Source of the DNA: a virus
Lineage: Duplodnaviria; Caudoviricetes
Length of the DNA: 64,000 bases
IMG/VR virus record: IMGVR_UViG_641201351_000001
Span: 32,001-96,000 of that record
Direction: 5' to 3' (one strand)
Positions within the stretch are counted from its first letter, which is position 1. The number at the start of each line of letters is the position of its first letter. This document shows positions 40,601 through 48,787 of this stretch, in pieces. The translations under genes were made by a program, and so were the position numbers. The notes under the pieces are model-generated. The model searched no databases. It saw only the letters and a list, made by a program, of their open reading frames with translations, and was not told the origin of the DNA.

Positions 40601-42918
40601 AATCTGTTTACAAAGCTGTCTAAATAAGATTCTATTTCCCACTCCTTGTTTGGTTCTGAGTGATTTTCGTAGACTATGTTTCCAAACTCATCAGTTTTTA
40701 AATTTTGCGCATTAAAAAGTTTTCCTTCTTTAGGTAGAAAAGCTAAATTTCTAACAGACTCCTTGACTTTACTTAAAAGTGTTGCGTTAAGTCTGTTCGT
40801 GCAAGCTTCTTTAGATTCTCCTTCAGCGCAAACATAGCTATCTATTAATACCTTCAAAGCTTCTGCAAAAACTTGTTTATCAAAATCTCTAACGCTTTCT
40901 GATTTTGCTTTCAGTTGCGTTGAATACCTTTCTTTAACTGCATCTAAGTAAGTTGAAGCTTGATATAAGAGGCCGCTTAATGCACGATCTGTGTCGTCAT
41001 TTAAAACTACCTTTAAAGTTCCATCAAACCTATCAAACATTCCTGCAAGTAGCGCTAAGTTTGCTAGGTTTTCTTCTACATCACCTATTCCTATTTTTGT
41101 TTCAGGTGAGTGATTAATAAGTTCTCTTATAGCAGAAGGAAGATCTTCAAATATTTCTTCTAGTTTTTCTGGTAATCTTATGCTTTTTGATAGTTCTTTG
41201 ATTTGCTGTTCTTCAATTTGTCTTTGTATTTCAGCTTGATTTAAGAGTTCTTCATACTCCTTTTCTTTTTCTGCTAACATTCGCTTGATAAGCGAAGATC
41301 TTACTAAAGGATTAAAGATTTGTTTAGGAAGGTCTTTTTGATCAGCAAGCTTTATTAATTCACTTGTTGTGTGTTGTAAAACTTTGTTTATATTTGGTAC
41401 AAATCTAAAGTAGCCGTGAACAAGCTGAGTTTCGTATTGGGGAAGAAAAGCGTCAATAAAGAAAGCTAAACCCCCTAGCTTATTTTCACAAAGGCTTGAT
41501 GCGCTTCTTGCCTCCTCTTTAAAGGATTGATATCCTCTTTTGGAGTATTCTAAGTCCATGCTGTAAGAAATGCAAAGGTCTTGAAGAATTTCATAAGTCT
41601 TGCCTCTTTTAGAAAAGTCTTTCATTAACTCTAGTGCTTGATAGATATCTAAAGGTTCAAGGCTGTTGTTTAAAGCCAAAAGGCCTGCAAATGTATTTGC
41701 TAAAGCAGTAAGCGTACGCTCAAAGCCTAAAGATTCTACATTTTTCATTAAGGAAGAAAAATTGAAATCAGCAAAAGATTGTCCCAAGAAAAATTGTGTT
41801 ATCTTGTCAATGTGCTCTTTGTAGTCTTCTTGGCTTTTGTCTAGATACTCTATGCTTTCTTGATAAAGTTTTTCAGGCGAAGTTTCTTTTGGTTCTAAAA
41901 CTTTATCAAGCGCTTCATCAATTAACTCTTCTTTAATTTCTTCAGACAAGTCTTGTGCGCTAGCAAAGGTTTCTTTAAATTCATCAAATTTTTCTTTGGC
42001 GAGGTTAACAAGTTTTCCTAAATCTTCTTCATTAAAAAGTCCTCTTAATTCAAATAAAGCTTCTTTTACTTTGTCTAACGCATTTTCTAACTTTTCTAGA
42101 TTGCTTTCTTTGTCTTCATCTAAATCGTTAGGAAAGAATTGCTCTACAAATTCATCAAATTTGCTTTCTATTAACTTTTTATTCGCCTCAGAAATTAGGT
42201 CTTCTAAAGTAAAAAATTCTTTAAGCTCATCTAAGATTTCTTTTGATTTTTTATCAAGGCTTTCATAAAGATCTTTTGCTTCTGAAAGCTTTAGAGGATT
42301 GCCTTCTTTTAATCTTTCTTCTGCTAACTGAGAAATTGCTTCAAGAAGATCATTTTTTATCGCTTGTATTTCTAGCTGCCTTTGATTTTCTAAAACCTCA
42401 GCTTCTTTTGTAGAAATTTCTTTGCTTTCTAGTTCCTCTGATATTTCTTCTAAAGCTTCTGAACCTTCTTTAAGCTGTTCCTCTAAAACATCTACTACTT
42501 CTTCAGTTTTTTCTTCTGCTAACTCTTGTTGTAATTCTTTAATTTCTTCTTGGCGCTCAACAGAAACTTCTTCTTTTTGCTCAGTAGTTTTTTCTTCTAT
42601 CTTTGTTTCTTCTGGTGAAATTTCTTCTTGTTGCAGGTATTGAGAAATGTCTATATTGTATATCTTCGAAATAGTGTTTAATTGTTCCTCATCTAGCGCA
42701 TTACCAAATCTGTTTAAGTATTCTTCAACATCTACTAAGTGCCAACCGTTTTCAGTTTCTATTGCGATACCATGTTTTGTAGTTTTTTGTCCTTGAAAAT
42801 AGACGCTTCTAGTAGGATTAGACTCCTTATATAAAACCTTTCCTTCAGGTACTACCTTTACCTTATCAAAAGGTGAGTTATCAGTATAGGTATTATTGTA
42901 ATCGTATACAAGGCCCAT
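37684..42918 (-). CDS. Giant acidic helical protein (1744 aa), probable internal virion protein
   Basis: Glu-rich coiled coils with Lys-rich patches; TAGAAT 6 nt before ATG. Function inferred. Confidence 0.75.
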   Translation of the reverse strand: MGLVYDYNNTYTDNSPFDKVKVVPEGKVLYKESNPTRSVYFQGQKTTKHGIAIETENGWHLVDVEEYLNRFGNALDEEQLNTISKIYNIDISQYLQQEEISPEETKIEEKTTEQKEEVSVERQEEIKELQQELAEEKTEEVVDVLEEQLKEGSEALEEISEELESKEISTKEAEVLENQRQLEIQAIKNDLLEAISQLAEERLKEGNPLKLSEAKDLYESLDKKSKEILDELKEFFTLEDLISEANKKLIESKFDEFVEQFFPNDLDEDKESNLEKLENALDKVKEALFELRGLFNEEDLGKLVNLAKEKFDEFKETFASAQDLSEEIKEELIDEALDKVLEPKETSPEKLYQESIEYLDKSQEDYKEHIDKITQFFLGQSFADFNFSSLMKNVESLGFERTLTALANTFAGLLALNNSLEPLDIYQALELMKDFSKRGKTYEILQDLCISYSMDLEYSKRGYQSFKEEARSASSLCENKLGGLAFFIDAFLPQYETQLVHGYFRFVPNINKVLQHTTSELIKLADQKDLPKQIFNPLVRSSLIKRMLAEKEKEYEELLNQAEIQRQIEEQQIKELSKSIRLPEKLEEIFEDLPSAIRELINHSPETKIGIGDVEENLANLALLAGMFDRFDGTLKVVLNDDTDRALSGLLYQASTYLDAVKERYSTQLKAKSESVRDFDKQVFAEALKVLIDSYVCAEGESKEACTNRLNATLLSKVKESVRNLAFLPKEGKLFNAQNLKTDEFGNIVYENHSEPNKEWEIESYLDSFVNRFRDLASSIVAYHLFDQYNPNVEELSKKISEIEQAKGMPLETYLEQEIEGVEDNVRLNEVLREISSIFTDITTKEDLDTLVFGTAPYVYKINTFMKEVFGKYDGTKEYSFSNKFEDIVPYSEFEDYEDAIFNILKTKVPKENLLYLFDDFSPNVIHTQTPPIVFEEEIPAIGEEEQPSLTEETSSIPEAPLEKVSYKEVAFEDLENLEKTLDKGEFLTLYVDEDKEVEIKKIGNKLSFAFKSNDKIIGTLQLEDLKKLGKEFKKAVDEAFETISEATSQEKLLNSSIEQLNKAIKEKKKSKKKAKKKIKEKEETPSEETRAEEAVETASQTEEVPEATPSVEEASEEARKTETRASSKKAKSDKTKKTSSDKQREKAKEFAKENLEQQASEVVLVEENKEAVEEVEKSLSDEKEEYYSSLINLFSSPSTISYVAEAIQQAVDFDPEVEKDIKGLIYFGIFNPKNLDKVSPYFVSIDNAYAYLVDFEKAYNEDEDFKSLVDVSYEILDEYSSSTKKESLRATAEKVFKQSKNPLARSVAQTILQRTSDESYISDRIKRKIRSETYAELFKKISKSNEYIEMPLTDKISLEVITDEKGKPEVATFKFAESEENEHYLALDDTDNPLFSNNLLIIYAALENPNVEGYLPYFSRMLFESDFEFSLENFSFGKKSLGERGFYYIREGEKTKVYSRTSDFLAEAFAIVDTLRPNTEAESIQEEETTEAQQEEQQKSSEAKKENRKKEKKKSKSKKKPKGKKDVVDVNVTEEGIQTTIQTEDEQGFIQQEKVNISPDKAIVSLTNRVLKKFNLPILPYEKDEELLKEAEKIAENIEKEKARVSEDKRLIYYSDTNEILDALLEFVLQERPEDKELRVLAKDVIKSYSGNKFKEKLAKSLIPKIVAVYDLSEEDLSSLIEGLDFPDKIDAYQYKINKNNLSTSVVEDFKKIVKDALSRVGIEASESFILDELIKAFVEITR

Positions 42919-42930
42919 ATCTGTATTCTA

Positions 42931-43308
42931 CTATTCGCCTTTTTCTTCTTCTGGTATACAGTAGATTTCTCTTAAAGCAGTAAGTGGATCTTCATCTACG
43001 CCATATTTGCTTAGATATTTGATAGCCAAATCTAAGTGATAACAAGACTGAAACTTATCATCATTTTGCTCAAATTCTACCAAAGCGCTTAGGCCGCTAA
43101 GATATTCAGCGAATTTTTTACCGCTATAATCTTCCTCTAAAGACGGTGTTTTTTCATACAAAACATTAGCCCATTCCCAAGATAAATGTGGTAAAAACAG
43201 CGATAAAAATTTTCCTACATATTCTTTTCTTCTTTCAGTATCCATTTCTTTGCACATTTCAAGAAGTTCTTTGGGCATTTGTTCTTCGTTTGTCATGTTA
43301 TCCTCCAA
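42931..43308 (-). CDS. Hypothetical protein
   Basis: About 120 aa; GGAGG SD favours the second Met (MTNEEQ). Confidence 0.7.
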   Translation of the reverse strand: MEDNMTNEEQMPKELLEMCKEMDTERRKEYVGKFLSLFLPHLSWEWANVLYEKTPSLEEDYSGKKFAEYLSGLSALVEFEQNDDKFQSCYHLDLAIKYLSKYGVDEDPLTALREIYCIPEEEKGE

Positions 43309-46300
43309 CTACTTAACATCTATCTTAACAGGAGTAATGATGTTAGATAAAGCATCGACTACTTTTCTATAGAAGGCTTCTTCCCTTTCTCTCATAATAG
43401 CCTCATATTCTTCTTCCTCGCCTTGTTCAAGAATAGGTGTATTTTGAGCAAGAAGTTTTTGTGTATCAAAGAGTTTTTTAACTTCAAACGACTTCAATCC
43501 TAAAACAGATGCAACACTTTGAGGAAGAATAATTGACGCATCTACTTTACCTTTTTGTTTTCCACCGGGGCGAAAAGCTCTACCTAGCATTTGCAAAATA
43601 GTTTCGTAAGAGAAAGTAGCACCATGAACAACGATTTTTTGTGAAGGCATGTTTACGCCTCTAGCTAACGCTCTTGAGAGAACAGTTATAGAAGGCTTGT
43701 TGTTAGCGTTATGACTTTCAATGATTTTCATTCTATCAGCCATGTCAGTTTCACCAGTAACTGCTCCATTGTAATACCTCTTAAGCGCCTCAACAATGCC
43801 CTTATCGCCAAATAACGGTATCAAATTTCTAAACATTTTTCCTAAAGGCGTATTTTTTCTAATATTGTCAAAAACATAGTCTAAAGACTTTACAAAAGCT
43901 GTGCTAGGAGAAGTAATTAGAATTTTTCGGCCTAAATCTTGAGAAGTTTTACTTGATGTTGCGAATGGCTTCAAAGCTTCTTCTACTACTCTTTTAAATT
44001 GTTCTGTAGTTGCGATTGCGTTGTAAGAAGCTTTATCAAGCTCTTTACCAATCTGTTCGCCAATTGTATCTAGTGTAACATCGTTACCTTCGCTTTGTTT
44101 AATTTGGAAATTTTCATTTAGTGTTCCATCTTCATTTAAAAAAGGCGCTGCCTTAGGATCGTTTCTATCAACAAGTGTTTTTACACCTGTTTGAAGGTCT
44201 TGCTTAGCTAAGCGAATTCTAAACTCACCTTGGGCTGTGTTTTCAATTACTGGATAGTAGAGGTGTTTATCGTCAGAAAGCATAGGTGTAATAAAGAAAG
44301 TGTATTTCATCATTTTGTTTCTCGTTTCAATAGAAATCTTTCTTTCGCTTCCTGTTTTTTGTTTCCTTTGCTCCAATAAGCCGCTAACGCCTGTCCTTCT
44401 TTTCAAGGTTCCAGACATTTCTTGTTCTTTATCAACCTTTTTATTCCAAGCATAACCAGGAAATCTAATCTTAAATCCCTTTTTAAACTTTTGTTGTCTA
44501 TTTTCTCTTGAAGCATTAACATCTACATCAAACTCAATTTCAGCAGAACCAAGGCCGTGAGTTACTACATTTTCAAATCCTAAACTAAGCAAATCAGCAA
44601 ATGTATATTGTGTGTTGCCCAAAGAAATTACAGGAACTTTTGTTGCCAATTCAAGAATTTCTTTCTTTAACTTTGTTTTCTTTTCACCTTCAGCTGTCTT
44701 GTATTCCTTTATTTTGGGAATTATGTGTTTTAAGATGTTGTTGCTGCCAAATCTGTCTAAAATATTTGGACTAACTGACGATAAAGTGTCAACCAAGCTT
44801 CTTATAGCAATTTCTCTAACTGAGGCATTTTTAGGTTTATTTTCTTCGTCAACAATTATGAATGGACCTTCTTCATCAAAGCTAGTAAAACCGTATTCTA
44901 ATGCACGTTCCCAGGTAAAAGCACCACCTTGTACATAACTAAATAAGGTAGCAAAACCAGGCACATACATTTCATAGAACAACTTAGAATCTACTGATTT
45001 TTTTGATCGTGTAACAGGATCATAAATTGTTGTATCTACAGGTCTGTCTTCTTTATATAACTTAGCTATTTGATAAATAGTTGAAGCTACAGTTAAGAAC
45101 ATGTCTTCAAACTTTTGTTTTGCTTTTTCTGGTTCTCTAACTAAAGGATCATCAGAAGATAGTTTTTGTGGATCAGCGGATGAAGTAGGCCATGCTAAAG
45201 GATCATCAGTTTTTATATCAAGAGTAATTCCTTTAAGTTCAAGGTTAGTAGCACCAACAACATCAAGATAAGTTGCAGTAGTTTTAAGCATGTCTTCATT
45301 GATTATTGGTCCACTAGGTGTTTTAATTACAGGATCTCCAAGAATTCTTTTAAATAAATGTCCTTGATAGAACAGCATTTCCATTGCTGAAGAAAAATCT
45401 TTAGGGCTGTTAGACATTGCAGTAGCGTTAAGTAGTAATGTATAACCACGATTTGCGTCAGAAGTTATAGAATCTGATAAATCTTCAATGTGTCTTCTTC
45501 TAGCAGAACTTTTTGAGAAAATTGTAGAAGCTTCGTCTACTAACAACATTCCAAACATTCCGAAAGGAACTGCAAGTCTTTGTCCTTTGTGAGAAATAAT
45601 AGAAGGACCAGAAAGAAGGTTTAAGAAATATTTGTCAGCTTCATCCTCTGCACTAGCAGATTCCATTTTTTGGAATGTAGAAAGCTTCATGATTACCATT
45701 TTGGGAAGATTTACTTTTTCTCCCCTGTTTGCTCTGGCCCACAAATCTAGCAGTTGACTCCATTTTTCTCTTCTTTGCTGAGGATTGCCTTCTATGACAA
45801 ATATTTCTTGACCCACTTTCCAGCCAAACAATGTTTCAGCGTCATCAATCCAGCCTTTTGCAATGGATTCAGGCATTACTGCTAAGGCTGGTCTTTGGTC
45901 AAAAGTAATTGTTTTGTTGTCCCTATTATAAGAAACTGTATGAAGTCCGAGATTTGTTGCTAGTGCGTACGCTAAAAGTCCAGTAAAAGTTTTTCCTAGA
46001 CCAGTAGCGTGCGCAATAAACATTCCTACTTTCTGTAAGTTTTCTAACTTAGAAGTGTGTCTTAGATAATGAGGATGTAAAAACTTAAGAAGCGCTTGAA
46101 CTTGATAAGGCTGCAAAGAAATTTTAGAATTTGCGAACTTTATTCTTTCGTTGTAGGAAATTGGACCAAGTTTAGGAGAATTATATCCTATAATGCCAAA
46201 TTTCTGAAGCAGTAGCGGCATCCACATTAAAGGAAACTTTTCGCCAAAGTTTCCTTTAGGAACAGGTAAAATTTCTTTTTTGTTGCCGTCAATTCTTATT

Positions 46301-47883
46301 AGATTTCCTTTAGCATCTTTTTGTATGTTTAATAAAGACCACAAATCATCAAGTTCTTCTTTAAACTTGCCCCCTTTAACGAAAAGAGAAAATAGCTTTC
46401 TATGATAATCTCTTTCCTCCTCAGGAAATAGTGTGTTAATAACATTAGGATCTTCTTCAGCGCTAGGAATATTTTCTCTTTTACCTCTTTCAAAAACTCT
46501 TGCAGAAATGTCTTTTTTAAGAATTTTTGCGGCCTCTTCAATCGTAGAAGAACTAACTTCTTGATAAAGGGGATGAAGATATTTTTGTTTACCAATAGGA
46601 AGACCAAATATTTTTGCAGTATCATCATCTAGCTTAATGATGTTTCCTGTTGGTATATCTAAAACACCAGCAGGTATTATTGCATTACTGCCTAAAATTT
46701 CTGCCACTAATATATCGATATCTCTTTGTGCAGCGCCTCTTTTGTTTAAAAGTTTTGGATTTTGTATTATTTCGGTGAGAAGATTATCAAGAGCTCTTTC
46801 GTATTCTTCACTATCAATTTTCAACAATCTTTTCAATTCAGTAAACAACGCTTCATTACTAGCACCTTGAGAACGGAGTTTGAGGAGGTTGTCAGAGAAG
46901 AAAACCTCTTTTCCAGAAAACTGATCTTTTGTAGCTAGATAGGTTGAAAGGTTTGTAAGATACTTATTCTCTGGATCGTACACATAAACATAATCAAGGT
47001 TGTTTTTTTGATTTTGTGCAGAAAGTTTCTTTTCTTGTTGCAGATACTTATTTGCATCAGAATCTACTGCTTGAAGCAAGTCTTTCAAGAGCTTTTTCTT
47101 AGCCTCTGTAATTCCTCTAAAATAAACACCTTCTTTTAAAATTTCGTCAATAATGCCTTCGTCTTTTTTATTTTTTTGAAGAGAAGCTTCAATTAGTCCA
47201 GCAACATCTTCTTTGCTAGCCTTTCCTGCTTGAACCTTAGCTAGCGCTTGTGCTGTATTTTTGTTTGCAGGTATGAGCATCCAAGGTTTACCTTCTTCTA
47301 GTTGTTCTACTTTTACACCTAAAAATTTTCCTCCAACTAAAACACGCCCATCCTCAACATTGTAAGCAATATAACCTGCAGGAACTTTTTCTACAACGCC
47401 TTTTTCGTTAGCGAATTGAGAATAGTTGATAGACTTAGTAGTAGCTAAAAGAAGAATATCTTTGCTTCTTTCCTGAAAGCTAAATAGAATGTCCTCAATA
47501 GACTTTATGTAATTTTGCATATTCACACCTTCCTCTTCTGTTTCCAATTTTATATCTTCTAATAGTGAGAGAGATTTTAGCGTTCTGTCTGAAATTTTCT
47601 CTACTTTTTCTATTTTAAATCCGTGCCAAACAAGAATTTGAGGCAAGATAAAAAGCGCCTCTTCTGTTTTTAATTCTACGCCAACAAAAACTTGAATACT
47701 AAAGTGTTTGTTTCTTTTCGCTACAGAATAAAAAATCTCTCTTTCCAATATCTGTTCTAACGCAAACTTAATGTTTTCATTGATTGCCTTAATGTAATAA
47801 TCTTGTATTTTGTTTTTTGCTAGTATAAAGTGAATTTCTGCTTCGTTATCTCCTTGAGAAAGATGATATACAATTTTCTTCAT
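43309..47883 (-). CDS. Giant SF2 (SNF2-like) helicase/ATPase
   Basis: LQPYQ, AHATGLGKT, LLVDEAS, LNAT..SNSP, ARGVNMP and QMLGRAFR. Confidence 0.88.
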   Translation of the reverse strand: MKKIVYHLSQGDNEAEIHFILAKNKIQDYYIKAINENIKFALEQILEREIFYSVAKRNKHFSIQVFVGVELKTEEALFILPQILVWHGFKIEKVEKISDRTLKSLSLLEDIKLETEEEGVNMQNYIKSIEDILFSFQERSKDILLLATTKSINYSQFANEKGVVEKVPAGYIAYNVEDGRVLVGGKFLGVKVEQLEEGKPWMLIPANKNTAQALAKVQAGKASKEDVAGLIEASLQKNKKDEGIIDEILKEGVYFRGITEAKKKLLKDLLQAVDSDANKYLQQEKKLSAQNQKNNLDYVYVYDPENKYLTNLSTYLATKDQFSGKEVFFSDNLLKLRSQGASNEALFTELKRLLKIDSEEYERALDNLLTEIIQNPKLLNKRGAAQRDIDILVAEILGSNAIIPAGVLDIPTGNIIKLDDDTAKIFGLPIGKQKYLHPLYQEVSSSTIEEAAKILKKDISARVFERGKRENIPSAEEDPNVINTLFPEEERDYHRKLFSLFVKGGKFKEELDDLWSLLNIQKDAKGNLIRIDGNKKEILPVPKGNFGEKFPLMWMPLLLQKFGIIGYNSPKLGPISYNERIKFANSKISLQPYQVQALLKFLHPHYLRHTSKLENLQKVGMFIAHATGLGKTFTGLLAYALATNLGLHTVSYNRDNKTITFDQRPALAVMPESIAKGWIDDAETLFGWKVGQEIFVIEGNPQQRREKWSQLLDLWARANRGEKVNLPKMVIMKLSTFQKMESASAEDEADKYFLNLLSGPSIISHKGQRLAVPFGMFGMLLVDEASTIFSKSSARRRHIEDLSDSITSDANRGYTLLLNATAMSNSPKDFSSAMEMLFYQGHLFKRILGDPVIKTPSGPIINEDMLKTTATYLDVVGATNLELKGITLDIKTDDPLAWPTSSADPQKLSSDDPLVREPEKAKQKFEDMFLTVASTIYQIAKLYKEDRPVDTTIYDPVTRSKKSVDSKLFYEMYVPGFATLFSYVQGGAFTWERALEYGFTSFDEEGPFIIVDEENKPKNASVREIAIRSLVDTLSSVSPNILDRFGSNNILKHIIPKIKEYKTAEGEKKTKLKKEILELATKVPVISLGNTQYTFADLLSLGFENVVTHGLGSAEIEFDVDVNASRENRQQKFKKGFKIRFPGYAWNKKVDKEQEMSGTLKRRTGVSGLLEQRKQKTGSERKISIETRNKMMKYTFFITPMLSDDKHLYYPVIENTAQGEFRIRLAKQDLQTGVKTLVDRNDPKAAPFLNEDGTLNENFQIKQSEGNDVTLDTIGEQIGKELDKASYNAIATTEQFKRVVEEALKPFATSSKTSQDLGRKILITSPSTAFVKSLDYVFDNIRKNTPLGKMFRNLIPLFGDKGIVEALKRYYNGAVTGETDMADRMKIIESHNANNKPSITVLSRALARGVNMPSQKIVVHGATFSYETILQMLGRAFRPGGKQKGKVDASIILPQSVASVLGLKSFEVKKLFDTQKLLAQNTPILEQGEEEEYEAIMREREEAFYRKVVDALSNIITPVKIDVK

Positions 47884-48743
47884 AAATCCTCCAAAAACTT
47901 TTCAAGGTTTCTCATGTATGCAAAGACTTTGGGAAACTGCTGCAGATAGTTTCTATGAAAAAAGTAAAAAACAAAAGCTTCTATGAAATCTTCTTTTGGC
48001 CCAAGTGTAGATTCTAAGCTGATAATTTCATCGTTTTCATGGTATAAATTTTTACTCAAATTTAGGCCAAAAAACTCTCCAACCTTCAAATCTTCGTCAG
48101 AAAGTTTTTCTCTTTTCCAGCCCCTCAAAGATATAAATCTTTCAATTTGTTCTGGAAAAGAAGAAGAAAGCTTTTGAAAGGTTATATTTGCAATTTCTCT
48201 TGCAGTAGCCAAAGAAGCTACTGAAATGCCCTGAGTAAAGTTAGGTACTCTTCTAACTACAGGTACAGTCAAGTAAAGGTAGTAAGGTTGAAAGACATGA
48301 AGATAAATTTTGTCATGGGAAAAACTAGAACCTATAATAGCTAAATCAGGATCAAAGTCTACAAGTTCTCTAATCTCACTTTTCTTATGCCAATAAACTT
48401 TTGTGATTTTAAAGAGATTAAACACTACTTCTACTTGCTTAAAAACAGCACGAAGATTTAAAAGCGCATAAAAAGGAATTACATTATCTACTACTAGCGC
48501 CGCAAAACTCAAAAGTTCTTCTTTGTTTAGCCTAGCAACTTTGTTTTCATCAATGTTTCCTTCGTCATCATAAATATCAATAGTAGGATCATAAAACAAA
48601 CCTTGGTCTTTTGCTTCTAATAGCCTTAGCGCTGATAATGTGGAATCGCTAGGCGAATATTGTCCTACTTCATAAAGGTTATTTGAAAAAGGAACTGGGT
48701 AATTGGGGGCTATTAAAGGATTATCTTCACTAATTCTTGCCAC
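47880..48743 (-). CDS. Hypothetical protein with degenerate zincin-like C-terminus
   Basis: AREIAN...PKEDFIEAFVFY...FPKVFAYM; TGTTAAAAT 6 nt before GTG. Confidence 0.65.
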   Translation of the reverse strand: MARISEDNPLIAPNYPVPFSNNLYEVGQYSPSDSTLSALRLLEAKDQGLFYDPTIDIYDDEGNIDENKVARLNKEELLSFAALVVDNVIPFYALLNLRAVFKQVEVVFNLFKITKVYWHKKSEIRELVDFDPDLAIIGSSFSHDKIYLHVFQPYYLYLTVPVVRRVPNFTQGISVASLATAREIANITFQKLSSSFPEQIERFISLRGWKREKLSDEDLKVGEFFGLNLSKNLYHENDEIISLESTLGPKEDFIEAFVFYFFHRNYLQQFPKVFAYMRNLEKFLEDL

Positions 48744-48787
48744 AAGACTATTTTAACACAAGTTAAAAAGGTTTATTTTGCAAGAAA

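Noticed and set aside
37684-42918. Tape measure protein
   Set aside because: Very acidic, located in the head module, and lacks the Ala/Gly-rich and TM character of tape measures; an internal head protein fits better.
33085-47883. Virion RNA polymerase among the giant proteins
   Set aside because: I found no DxDGD or single-subunit RNAP motifs; a very divergent enzyme cannot be excluded without a structure search.
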